Virus record (IMG/VR): IMGVR_UViG_3300049135_000080
Location: 1 to 40,771 of that record
DNA: 40,771 nucleotides
DNA from: a virus
Taxonomy: Duplodnaviria > Caudoviricetes
Reading direction: 5' to 3' (one strand)
Of this stretch, positions 1-8,239 are shown one piece after another (position 1 is the first letter of the stretch; the number at the start of each line of letters is the position of its first letter). The position numbers and the translations under genes were made by a program. The notes beneath the pieces were generated by a model, which worked only from the letters and a program-made list of their open reading frames with translations, was not told the DNA's origin and made no database searches.

Positions 1-425
1 TGCACCCAGACCCCGGCGCGCACCATGGCGGTGAGCAGCTCGCTCATCTCGGCGACGAGCTGCTCGCTGGCCTCCCCGGGCCGGATGAGCCACACGTGCC
101 AGCCACGCTCCTCGATGGGCATGCACAGCATGTTGGCCGGGAGGGCCCCCGGGCGGGCGATCTCCCACCGGGCTTCGGTCACTCGGTCCTGGCCGGGCTC
201 CGGTTCCTCGCCGGGCGCGAGCCGCAGCCACTGACCGAGAGCGAGCATGGACCGTTGCTGTTCCTCGATGTCAGCGAGCAGCGCCTTGCTGGCGTGGCCC
301 GGCCGTACGACCACGGTCGCAACTCCGGGCTCATCTCTGACGGTTACGACCCGCCCCTGGGGGATCTCGTCCTCGTTGGCGGCGACTCGGTATCGGGCCT
401 CAGTCACCTCATACGTCATCTGCAT
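1..425 (-). CDS. Hypothetical two-repeat protein, putative antirepressor (3' truncated at window edge)
   Basis: Not in the ORF track because it runs off the edge. ATG at 425 with GAGGGG upstream. 141 open codons, MQMTYEVTEARYRVAANEDE...AMVRAGVWV. Internal duplication. Confidence 0.75.
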   Translation of the reverse strand, partial: MQMTYEVTEARYRVAANEDEIPQGRVVTVRDEPGVATVVVRPGHASKALLADIEEQQRSMLALGQWLRLAPGEEPEPGQDRVTEARWEIARPGALPANMLCMPIEERGWHVWLIRPGEASEQLVAEMSELLTAMVRAGVWV

Positions 426-453
426 TGCCACCCCTCTGGATCCGCTGCCGCTC

Positions 454-491
454 TCGAACCGTACGCCAGTTCGAATCGAACATGCAGCGGA
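454..491. promoter_or_regulatory. Putative actinobacterial LexA (SOS) boxes
   Basis: TCGAAC (454-459), CCGTAC-GCCA-GTTCGA (459-474) and TCGAAC-ATGC-AGCGGA (476-491), compared with consensus TCGAAC-N4-GTTCGA. They lie just upstream of the 425 start. Confidence 0.55.
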
Positions 492-597
492 ATGCCTACT
501 TCCACCCCCCAGGCGGATCACCATCATGCATCCCGCCTGGGGGTTTTCACTAGGTGGTGAGACAGGGTTACTCAGGGTGGGAAAGGGGTAAGGCCCG

Positions 598-1008
598 TTA
601 CCCCTGCCGGTACGCCTCGATCAGGGCGTTGACTCGCCGACGGTCCTCGGGGCTCATCTCCTCAAGGTGATGAACCATCGCCCGGACCTCACCGTCGGGG
701 CTGTAAACGGCGTCCATCCCGAAGAACTGCGCGGCCGCGGCCTCTTGGATCGCGCGCAACGGGACCTCGAACCCCACAGCCATGCCACGGAGGGCCGGCG
801 GGTCAGGCGGGATGACGTTCTGGAAGGTCGCCGCGCGGTGGAGCCAGCTTCCCTTCACGGTCTGCATCCCGGTCTCGGGGTCGACACACCGCTCCGCCAG
901 CGTCTCGTAGCTCAGGCGCAGCGCAGTCTTCCGCTCGAGGACCAGCTCCCCAAATGGGTATCGCTCGGTGGGCGCAGGCGCGCCCTTCTCAGCCGCCATG
1001 AGGCTCAT
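598..1008 (-). CDS. Immunity repressor, XRE-like HTH
   Basis: HTH-like segment LRLSYETLAERC...SWLHR. GGAG 7 nt before ATG 1008. Divergent from the Cro-like gene. No S24 peptidase domain. Confidence 0.75.
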   Translation of the reverse strand: MSLMAAEKGAPAPTERYPFGELVLERKTALRLSYETLAERCVDPETGMQTVKGSWLHRAATFQNVIPPDPPALRGMAVGFEVPLRAIQEAAAAQFFGMDAVYSPDGEVRAMVHHLEEMSPEDRRRVNALIEAYRQG

Positions 1009-1109
1009 CCTGCCACTCCGTGTCATGTCATGGGCTGTGGGGTGTCCATGTGACCAACGGGGCGTGAGTCGCTTCCCCCCTGGTAGCGCGCTTAGGTCAT
1101 CGCACGCAC

Positions 1110-1124
1110 TGGACAGAGTGTCCA
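1110..1124. promoter_or_regulatory. Operator O1, TGGACAGAGTGTCCA
   Basis: 15-bp palindrome TGGAC-N5-GTCCA in the switch region. Confidence 0.65.
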
Positions 1125-1193
1125 TGTAGATGGATGCCCCACGCCAGACCGCACCCGGGTTTTGACCGAAACACCACACTCGATTGCAACCGC

Positions 1194-1208
1194 TGGACGA
1201 ACCGTCCA
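1194..1208. promoter_or_regulatory. Operator O2, TGGACGAACCGTCCA
   Basis: Second copy of TGGAC-N5-GTCCA in the switch region. Confidence 0.65.
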
Positions 1209-1224
1209 AGCTGTGCAATGCTCT

Positions 1225-1248
1225 GCTCATTGCAGCAGTGCAATGAGC
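1225..1248. promoter_or_regulatory. Inverted repeat GCTCATTGCA-GCAG-TGCAATGAGC
   Basis: Perfect 10-bp arms just before the RBS of the Cro-like gene. Confidence 0.5.
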
Positions 1249-1265
1249 GATTGAACGAGGTGGAC

Positions 1266-1553
1266 GTGAGCACACCTGCCCTCTACAAGCTGGTCAGCGC
1301 AGACCTCCTGCGGACCCTGATGCAGCGCACCGGCACCGGTGCCGCAGTCAGCGTCCGGAAACTGGCCGACAAGGCCGGCGTACCGCACGGCACTATCGGC
1401 AACCTCCTTACGGGAGATCAGGAATCGGTCATCGAGCCGACCGCGCGCCGCATCGCCGGCGTCATCGGCGTCGACGTCCTCGTCCTCTTCATCCCGATGG
1501 AGCGCGCCGAGGCCGCCACGGCTTCCCGCCCGACGCTGGCGGTGACCGCATGA
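1266..1553 (+). CDS. Cro-like XRE HTH regulator
   Basis: SVRKLADKAGVPHGTIGNLLTG helix-turn-helix. GAGG before GTG 1266. First gene of the rightward early operon. Confidence 0.8.
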   Translation: MSTPALYKLVSADLLRTLMQRTGTGAAVSVRKLADKAGVPHGTIGNLLTGDQESVIEPTARRIAGVIGVDVLVLFIPMERAEAATASRPTLAVTA

Positions 1554-1816
1554 ACCGCCGCTACACGTACCCGGAAGCCGCAGCCGAGCTGCGCGTCGAG
1601 GAGTCGTGGCTCCGCCGGCACATCAAGCGCCTGCCGCACACGAAGAAGGGACGCGTCGTCACCTTCTCCGACGCGGACCTGGAGCGCATCGACCAGATGC
1701 ACCACCACGAGCCGACGACCGGCCCTCTGGCCGTTGTCCCCGCGCCCGCCCCGGGCGCCCATCCACTGGCGAACCTGCGCCCGCTGCCCGCCCGCAGCGC
1801 CCGCCGCGCCAGCTAA
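1550..1816 (+). CDS. xis: Excisionase-like HTH protein
   Basis: YTYPEAAAELRVEESWLRR...KKGRVVTFSDADL, a MerR/HTH_17-type pattern. ATGA overlap. Confidence 0.7.
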   Translation: MNRRYTYPEAAAELRVEESWLRRHIKRLPHTKKGRVVTFSDADLERIDQMHHHEPTTGPLAVVPAPAPGAHPLANLRPLPARSARRAS

Positions 1817-1888
1817 CGCACAAGGGGCCGCCCCGCAGCCACGGGACGACCCCACCGGCACACCTCAACCCACAGGAATCGAGGGACC

Positions 1889-2362
1889 GTGAACACCATC
1901 ATCGCACCACCGGCCACCGAGCCGACGAACTACCCGACGGGAACCCGGCGCACCACGCTCGTGGCCGGCGTCCACGTCCAACCCACCACCGTGGTCGGCG
2001 TGTTCCGCGCCGCCGCCCGCATCCTCGCCGCGAACGGGCACTACCAGGGCGACTACCTGCCGGACCCGTTCGACCGGGAGATCAGCCCGACCGAGTTCCC
2101 GCACCGCCTGCGGCCGCTGTCGATCGTCGCGGCGCTGCGCTGCGCGGTGACCGGAGACCCGCACCGCAACTCGATCCTGGCGGACAACGCGATCGCTGTC
2201 CTGGCCGTGCGGCTGGAGGTCGACGGAGAGGGCCCGTTCTGGGGCGACATCTTCTCGCTGGAGTTCCACATCGCGGCGTGGGGTGACGTCGAGGGGCGGA
2301 CGACCGAGTCCGCCGTGGCGGTGCTCGAGGCGGCTGCTGACGCCTGCGAGGTGTCGGTATGA
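1889..2362 (+). CDS. Hypothetical protein (DUF6197-like)
   Basis: RBS GAGGGA. Motif AARILAANGHYQG...SIVAAL...WGDVEGRT. Confidence 0.7.
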   Translation: MNTIIAPPATEPTNYPTGTRRTTLVAGVHVQPTTVVGVFRAAARILAANGHYQGDYLPDPFDREISPTEFPHRLRPLSIVAALRCAVTGDPHRNSILADNAIAVLAVRLEVDGEGPFWGDIFSLEFHIAAWGDVEGRTTESAVAVLEAAADACEVSV

Positions 2363-3045
2363 ACGCGAAGCGTGTGGGCGCCGCTGAGGTCGTCCTCTTC
2401 CGTGCGATGCCGACGAGGCGGACGGCCGCCGGGCTTGCGATGGCGCTGGAGTCGGCGGCTCTGCTCAATGACGAGGACATCGCGGCCGAACTGGTGGAGC
2501 TGCGGAAACTGCCCGCCGAGGTGGAGGCGCTTCGCAAGGACCGGGACGCGTTCCGGGACCAGCGGAACGCGGTCTTCGCAACGAACAAGGAGCTGCTCGC
2601 TCGGGTCGATCGGGTCTCGCTGGAGCGTATCCAGGCACAGAACCGGTCCTTTGCCCTGGCTCGCGAGGTGGACCGGCTGCGGGCTCGCGTCGCCGAGCTG
2701 GAGGCCGCGGCCGGTGACGGCAGCACGCGCACGGTCGATGAGGACCCGATCGCGTACTCGCTGACCGAGCAGGTCGCCGACCAGGATCAGGAGGCGGGCC
2801 AGGACGGACCGCCGTGCCAGCGGTGCGGGGCTCCAGCGGTGTCGCACGTCGCATGGGCGAGTGGACACCTGTACGTCGCCCCCAGCACCCCGTCGGCCGT
2901 GGAGGCGCTGCACGCCTCGTCGGGCGCGGTCATCGAGATCCCGGCCCGGCAGCGTGTCGCCGTCGAGGAGCCGCACGACGACCCGGTCGGCCTGCACCAC
3001 GACTACCGCGTCCCGCACGACCTGCCCCCGGCGGTGACGTCGTGA
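2359..3045 (+). CDS. Hypothetical coiled-coil protein
   Basis: ATGA overlap, heptad region LRARVAELEAA, CxxC motif. Confidence 0.7.
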   Translation: MNAKRVGAAEVVLFRAMPTRRTAAGLAMALESAALLNDEDIAAELVELRKLPAEVEALRKDRDAFRDQRNAVFATNKELLARVDRVSLERIQAQNRSFALAREVDRLRARVAELEAAAGDGSTRTVDEDPIAYSLTEQVADQDQEAGQDGPPCQRCGAPAVSHVAWASGHLYVAPSTPSAVEALHASSGAVIEIPARQRVAVEEPHDDPVGLHHDYRVPHDLPPAVTS

Positions 3046-3182
3046 CCGTGCTCGCCATCCTCGCCGCCGCCTGCCTCGCCTGGGGCCTGTGCGCCGCCCT
3101 CGTCGTCGCCCTCGCCGACCGCGACGGCACCCTCCACCACCTCCTCGCCCTCCTGCACCACATCGGAGACCACCGTGGCTGA
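3042..3182 (+). CDS. Small membrane protein
   Basis: GTGA overlap. Single hydrophobic helix VLAILAAACLAWGLCAALVVALA. Confidence 0.6.
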   Translation: MTVLAILAAACLAWGLCAALVVALADRDGTLHHLLALLHHIGDHRG

Positions 3183-3522
3183 CCAGACCCCCATCGACGG
3201 ACCCATCCGCATCAACGTCGTCACCACCCCGGCCGGCCCCGCCCTCGAACTGTCCGCGTTCACCGCGCTGGTCGTCGGCGACGTCCTCGACGCTCTCCTC
3301 CACCCGGAGGACACCACCGCATGGGACCGGCTGCACGACCTGGCCGAGACCACCCGCACCCCGAACGAGGGGCGCCTGCCGTACGAGGAGCTGGTGGCCG
3401 ACCTGGTCGACCGGGCGTCGTCGCGGGTGCCGCTGTACGGCGGTGCCGCGCTGGAGTTGACGCGTCGGCTGCGTGACGCGGCGGCCCCGAAGGCAGTGCC
3501 GCAGCAGAGGCGGACCGCGTGA
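3175..3522 (+). CDS. Hypothetical protein
   Basis: GGAG RBS, coupled to neighbouring genes, high GC3. Confidence 0.7.
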   Translation: MADQTPIDGPIRINVVTTPAGPALELSAFTALVVGDVLDALLHPEDTTAWDRLHDLAETTRTPNEGRLPYEELVADLVDRASSRVPLYGGAALELTRRLRDAAAPKAVPQQRRTA

Positions 3523-4349
3523 CCAACCCCAAGCACGCGCAGGAAACCCCGCGGGGCCGGTACTACACCGACCCCGCGGGGGGCCCGGCCCTCGTCTCCG
3601 TCACCAACGTCCTCGACACCGCCGTCTCGAAGCCTGCCCTCGTCCCGTGGGGCGTCAAGCTCACCGTCGAGTACGTCCTCGACAACATCACCACCATCGC
3701 CCGACGCGTCCTCATCGACCGAACTGGCCTCACCAAAGAGATCAAGGCCATCCACCGCGACGCCCGGGACCGGGCCGCCGACCTCGGCGACCGGATCCAC
3801 TCCGCAGCCGAGGCCTACCTCCTCGGCGCACCCATCCCCGACGACTCCGAAGTCGACCCCTACCTGGCCCAGTTCAAGCGCTGGCTCGCCTCGTGGGGTG
3901 TCGACCTCGACGAGCACGTCGTCGCCACCGAGATCACCGTCTTCCACCGCCGCCTCGGCTACGCCGGCACCGCAGACCTGCTGATCCTGCTGCCGACCGG
4001 CCCCGACGGCGCGATGGAGCTGTGGCTCATCGACTTCAAGACGTCGGCCACCCGGCCCGCCTCCTCGGTCTACCCGGAAAACACGCTCCAGCTCGCCGCC
4101 CTCCGGTACGCCGAGGTCGTCATCCTCCCCGACGACACCGAGCAGCAGATGCCCAAGGTGCAGCGCACCGGTGTCCTCAACCTCCGCGCCAAGAGCCACG
4201 CCCTCGTTCCGATGCCCGCCGACCGGGCCGCGCACCGCGCGTTCCGCGGCGCCCTCGAAGAGACGAAGTGGCTGCACGTCGCGCCCACCTCGTACGCCGC
4301 GCTCCAGCCGACCCCGGCCGGGCTGCGCTCGAACCGAAAGGCAGCCTGA
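3519..4349 (+). CDS. PD-(D/E)xK exonuclease (RecE/YqaJ-like)
   Basis: SVTNVL, GDRIH, E...YAGTAD...LIDFKTS, LQLAA motifs. Confidence 0.85.
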   Translation: MTNPKHAQETPRGRYYTDPAGGPALVSVTNVLDTAVSKPALVPWGVKLTVEYVLDNITTIARRVLIDRTGLTKEIKAIHRDARDRAADLGDRIHSAAEAYLLGAPIPDDSEVDPYLAQFKRWLASWGVDLDEHVVATEITVFHRRLGYAGTADLLILLPTGPDGAMELWLIDFKTSATRPASSVYPENTLQLAALRYAEVVILPDDTEQQMPKVQRTGVLNLRAKSHALVPMPADRAAHRAFRGALEETKWLHVAPTSYAALQPTPAGLRSNRKAA

Positions 4350-4351
4350 CC

Positions 4352-5398
4352 ATGGGCTCCCGACTCAAGAACATCCAAGCGAAGGCTGCCGAACACGGCC
4401 GGCTGCGCACCGGCTACACCCAGGGCAACCGGCCGATGCGGTCGGCGACGTGGGTCATCACCTCCCACTCCGAGGAGCACGTCCGCACCGCCGCCGAACT
4501 GTGGGGCGGCGACCCGCAGCAGTGGACGCCCCTCAACTCGAACATCGCCCAGTGGCGGGTCATCACCAAGGCGTCCGCGATCGAGGCCCTGATCACCCCC
4601 GGTGATCCGCTGAACCAGTACAACGAGATGTGGTCCAAGGGCGGCTGCGCCCGCCGCTGCGACGGCGAGACCGAGCTCCTGACGCGCCAGCCCTGCATCT
4701 GCCTGCGGCAGTTCGGCGAGGACTGGCACCAGCAGCGCAAGGGCACCGTCTGCTCCGCCACCTCGCGCCTGAACGTGATGCTGCCGGACCTCTCCGGGAT
4801 GGGCATGTGGCGCGCGGAGACGCACTCGTTCTACGCCGCGTCCGAGTGGGGCGGCATGGTCGACATGGTCCTCGCCGGGACGAACGGCGAAGGGTTCGTG
4901 CCGGTGACGCTGCGGATCGAGCCGCGGCAGCGGGTCGCGAGCGGGGAGACGAAGAAGTTCCCCGTCGTCGTTGTGGAGCTGAGGGGCGTGACCCCGCGGC
5001 AGGCGCTGGCCGGGCCGCTGTCGACGGCGCAGGCGCTGGACCCGTCCGGCACTCGCGCGGTCGCAGCGATCGAGGCCCCACGCCCGGACTACCTCGCCCT
5101 GGCCGAGGCAGCGCTCAACTCGGACGACGTCCGCGATGTGTGGCGGCAGGCGTCCGCCGCCGGGCACGTCCACCCGAAGGGGCAGGACGACCTGTCCAAG
5201 CAGCTCATGGAGATCGCCGAGCGGAAGGACGTCGAGGAGACGACGGACGCCGCCGGTGAGTCCAACCGGGCCCCGGAGATCGGACGGCAGGAGCCGGACG
5301 AGGACGGCGCCATCGACGCCGAGATCGTCGAGGACTCGACGGAGCAAGCCGGGGCCTGGCCGGCGGTCGCAGCTCCCGGATCGGGGGCCCGCTCATGA
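4352..5398 (+). CDS. Gp3-like ('recombination directionality factor-like') protein, probable recombination/annealing partner
   Basis: Real start is ATG 4352. GRLRTG, RRCDG, CxC and KFPVVV motifs, acidic tail. Follows the exonuclease. Confidence 0.65.
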   Translation: MGSRLKNIQAKAAEHGRLRTGYTQGNRPMRSATWVITSHSEEHVRTAAELWGGDPQQWTPLNSNIAQWRVITKASAIEALITPGDPLNQYNEMWSKGGCARRCDGETELLTRQPCICLRQFGEDWHQQRKGTVCSATSRLNVMLPDLSGMGMWRAETHSFYAASEWGGMVDMVLAGTNGEGFVPVTLRIEPRQRVASGETKKFPVVVVELRGVTPRQALAGPLSTAQALDPSGTRAVAAIEAPRPDYLALAEAALNSDDVRDVWRQASAAGHVHPKGQDDLSKQLMEIAERKDVEETTDAAGESNRAPEIGRQEPDEDGAIDAEIVEDSTEQAGAWPAVAAPGSGARS

Positions 5399-5928
5399 GC
5401 CCTCAACCGCGCAGCATCCCCCCTGGGGAGCGATACGGCCGCCTCGTCGTCACCGCCCAGCGCAACCCGGGCGAGCCGCGCGTTCAGGCCCGCTGCGACT
5501 GCGGCAACAGCCACTCCCTCCCGCTCACCCAGTGGGGCAAGACGAAGTCCTGCGGCTGTCTGCGCACCGAACAGCTCGTCGCCCGCAGCACCACCCACGG
5601 CCACGCTCGCACGTCCATCTATGCCACGTGGGGCGACATGATCAACCGCTGCACGAACTCCACGCACCCCCGGTGGGCGTCCTACGGCGGCCGCGGCATC
5701 ACCGTCTGCGACCGCTGGCGCAAATTCGAGAACTTCCTCGCCGACATGGGCGAGCGCCCCGCCGGCATGACCCTCGACCGCATCGACAACGACCGCGGTT
5801 ACGAGCCGGACAACTGCCGGTGGGCCGACCTCTCCACCCAGGCCAGGAATCGTCGGCCGTCGGCGTACGCGGGCAGCGTGCACGACCCGGTCACCGGCCG
5901 CTTTGTTCCGAAGGAGCGTGCCGCATGA
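5395..5928 (+). CDS. Free-standing HNH homing endonuclease
   Basis: YGRLVV, CDCG, SCGC, YGGRGITVCDRW, TLDRIDNDRGYEPDNCRW. Confidence 0.85.
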   Translation: MSPQPRSIPPGERYGRLVVTAQRNPGEPRVQARCDCGNSHSLPLTQWGKTKSCGCLRTEQLVARSTTHGHARTSIYATWGDMINRCTNSTHPRWASYGGRGITVCDRWRKFENFLADMGERPAGMTLDRIDNDRGYEPDNCRWADLSTQARNRRPSAYAGSVHDPVTGRFVPKERAA

Positions 5929-6644
5929 GCTGGCACCTTGATCGACTTTGTGGCTTTGACTTGGAAACTACGGGCATCGACGTCGAGGCCGACCGCATCG
6001 TCACCGCCTGCGTCGTCCAGTGCGGCGGCGGCCAGCCCGTCCAGTCCGGCACATGGATGGCCGACCCCGGCATCGACATCCCCGAGGGCGCCGCAAAGGT
6101 CCACGGCATCACGACCGAGCAGGCCCGCGCCGAGGGCAGGCCGGCCGCCGAGGTCGTCGAGCAGGTGATTGCCGCCCTGGCGCAGGTCGCCCGCGACGGC
6201 ATCCCCATCGTGGCCATGAACGGCTCGTTCGACTTCACCATCCTGGACCGCGAGGCCCGCCGCCACGACGTCCAGCCGCTGTTCGACATCTGCGATCCGC
6301 TGATCGTAGACGTCCGCGTCCTCGACAAAAAGGTCAGCCGCCGCAAGGGGCGCCGCACCTTGTCGGACCTGTGCGAGCACTACCGCGTGCCGCTGGACGG
6401 TGCGCACTCAGCGGACGCCGACGCGATCGCCGCGTGCCGCGTCGCGTGGCGGATCGCCTCCACCCACCAGCGGATCGGCAGCACGCCGCTTGAGCAGCTG
6501 CACGAGCAGCAAGTCGATTGGGCCCGCGAGCAGGGCGAGTCGCTGGCCGCCTACTTCCGCCGCACGCCCGGCAAAGAGGACTGGGCCGACGGCGTCCGCA
6601 CCGACTGGCCGTTCATCCCACACCAGCGAGGAGAGAGCGCATGA
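5925..6644 (+). CDS. DEDDh 3'-5' exonuclease (DnaQ-like)
   Basis: FDLETTG, HGIT, NGSFD, AHSADADA. ATGA overlap at 5925. Confidence 0.9.
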   Translation: MSWHLDRLCGFDLETTGIDVEADRIVTACVVQCGGGQPVQSGTWMADPGIDIPEGAAKVHGITTEQARAEGRPAAEVVEQVIAALAQVARDGIPIVAMNGSFDFTILDREARRHDVQPLFDICDPLIVDVRVLDKKVSRRKGRRTLSDLCEHYRVPLDGAHSADADAIAACRVAWRIASTHQRIGSTPLEQLHEQQVDWAREQGESLAAYFRRTPGKEDWADGVRTDWPFIPHQRGESA

Positions 6645-6997
6645 AGCTCACCGACTGGCTGTTCACCCAGCGCCGCACCGCCGAGGCCCGCGCCTCCCTG
6701 TACGCGGACTGGCTCCAAGAGGAGCGCGAGGAGAAGGAATCCGCGCTGCGGAACTGCGCCCGTCTGGTCGTGCAGTTGGAGGCCAAGGACCAGACGATCG
6801 CCGCCCTCCGCGCCCAGCTCGCCGCACGCCAGCCCGCGCAGGCATCCATCACCCGCCTTCGCGAGGAGCTGGACAAGCAGAAGCGGGTCAACAACGAGCT
6901 GTCGAACCAGCTGCTCGACGCGACCGGCCACAACGGCAAGCCGCTCACCCCGGAGCAGCGCGACAAGCTCGGCCTGACGGGCGTGGTGAAGCCGTGA
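6641..6997 (+). CDS. Hypothetical coiled-coil protein
   Basis: RBS GAGGAG, ATGA overlap. Confidence 0.7.
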   Translation: MKLTDWLFTQRRTAEARASLYADWLQEEREEKESALRNCARLVVQLEAKDQTIAALRAQLAARQPAQASITRLREELDKQKRVNNELSNQLLDATGHNGKPLTPEQRDKLGLTGVVKP

Positions 6998-7581
6998 CCC
7001 AACTCGCCCTCACTGAGACCCCCGCGGCCGGGCTGACCCCCCGCCCGGCCGCGGCCGGGGCCCCACTCGTCATCGGCCTCGACCTGTCCCTCACCTGCAC
7101 CGGCGTGGCCGGCGTCGGCTGGACCGACCACGTTCGCACCAAGACCCGCAGCGACGCCCGACTCGACTACCTCGTCACCACGATCGGCACCTTCATCAAG
7201 GCCGCCGACATGGTCGTGATGGAGGGCCCGTCCTACGGCCACGCCGGGCAGGGCGGACACGAGGAACTGGCCGGCCTGCGCTGCGCCGTGCGCCTGTGGT
7301 GCTACCGGCACCGCATCCCGTACGGCATCGTCCCGCCCTCCTCGCTGAAGCTGTACGCCACCGGCAACGGGCGGGCCACCAAGGGTGAGATCCGCTCGGC
7401 GGTGGCCGACCGGTACGGGCACCACACCGAAGGTGCCGGGCGGTACGACGAGGCCGACGCGTACGTCGCGATGGCGATGGGGCTGCACCACCTCGGCTAC
7501 CCGCTCGCCGCGCCGCCGGAGCGCGCGTTGAAGGCGCTCGACGGCTGCGTCTGGCCCGAGCTCGTGGCGGTGGCCCGATGA
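6994..7581 (+). CDS. RuvC-like Holliday junction resolvase
   Basis: IGLDLSLTCTG, VVMEG, KLYATGNGRATK, DEADA. Confidence 0.85.
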   Translation: MTQLALTETPAAGLTPRPAAAGAPLVIGLDLSLTCTGVAGVGWTDHVRTKTRSDARLDYLVTTIGTFIKAADMVVMEGPSYGHAGQGGHEELAGLRCAVRLWCYRHRIPYGIVPPSSLKLYATGNGRATKGEIRSAVADRYGHHTEGAGRYDEADAYVAMAMGLHHLGYPLAAPPERALKALDGCVWPELVAVAR

Positions 7582-8015
7582 GGATCCGCGCCGACATCGC
7601 CGAACTCATGCGCGCCGGACACTCCGACGCCGAAGTCTGCCGCCGATTCCACATCGACCACCGCACCGCTGCCCGCATCCGTGAGGCCCTCGAACTGCCG
7701 AAGGCCAAGCGAGGCATCCGGCCGGCCGCCAGCGCCGAGGACCTGTTCCGGCGCCGCGTCCAGCCCGTCGACGGCGGCCACCTGCTGTGGACCGGCCACG
7801 TCAACAACACCGGCGCCCCATGCTTCAGGCACGGCGGGAAGATGCTGACCGCCTACCGGGTCGCGTTCCGGATCCAGTACGGGCGGGAGCCCGTCGGCAA
7901 GGTAACCAGCGCCTGCGACCGGAAGCTGTGCGTCGCCCCGCAGTGCGTCGAGGACCGGCTCATTCGGGAGCGGACGAAGGCGACGTTCGCCGCGATCTTC
8001 GGCGGCACGTCGTGA
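7578..8015 (+). CDS. HTH fused to a degenerate HNH/His-Cys-like domain
   Basis: N-terminal HTH (SDAEVCRRFHIDHRTAARIR), then LLWTG...AYRVAF...CDRKLCVAP. Confidence 0.7.
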   Translation: MRIRADIAELMRAGHSDAEVCRRFHIDHRTAARIREALELPKAKRGIRPAASAEDLFRRRVQPVDGGHLLWTGHVNNTGAPCFRHGGKMLTAYRVAFRIQYGREPVGKVTSACDRKLCVAPQCVEDRLIRERTKATFAAIFGGTS

Positions 8016-8239
8016 CCGGCCAGCAGCGCCTCACCGGCGCCCTGTTCGTCGACTGTGGCACCCCGCGCCGCGGCGGCGGATGGCTCCGCCACCCCCGCGC
8101 GAAGTACGAGTGCCTGCTCTGCCGCACCGTCGACGGCCCCGTCGAGGGCGCCGAGGCAGTCACCGCGTTCGTCGACACCATCCGCGCCCAACACCACCAG
8201 ACCCACCACACCAACCAGCAAGGAGCACAAGCCGCATGA
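8012..8239 (+). CDS. Small putative zinc-binding protein
   Basis: YECLLC plus C-terminal His residues. GTGA overlap. Confidence 0.6.
   Translation: MTGQQRLTGALFVDCGTPRRGGGWLRHPRAKYECLLCRTVDGPVEGAEAVTAFVDTIRAQHHQTHHTNQQGAQAA

Noticed and set aside
3519-4349. Cas4 / CRISPR adaptation gene
   Set aside because: It has the PD-(D/E)xK fold but lacks the Fe-S cysteines and sits in a phage recombination context.
3473-5398. 641-aa ORF as listed in the track (likewise the extended ORFs starting at 5136, 6400, 8803 and 21911)
   Set aside because: The N-terminal parts are off-frame overlaps of upstream genes with Arg/Pro-rich junk. RBS and coupling support the internal starts used above.
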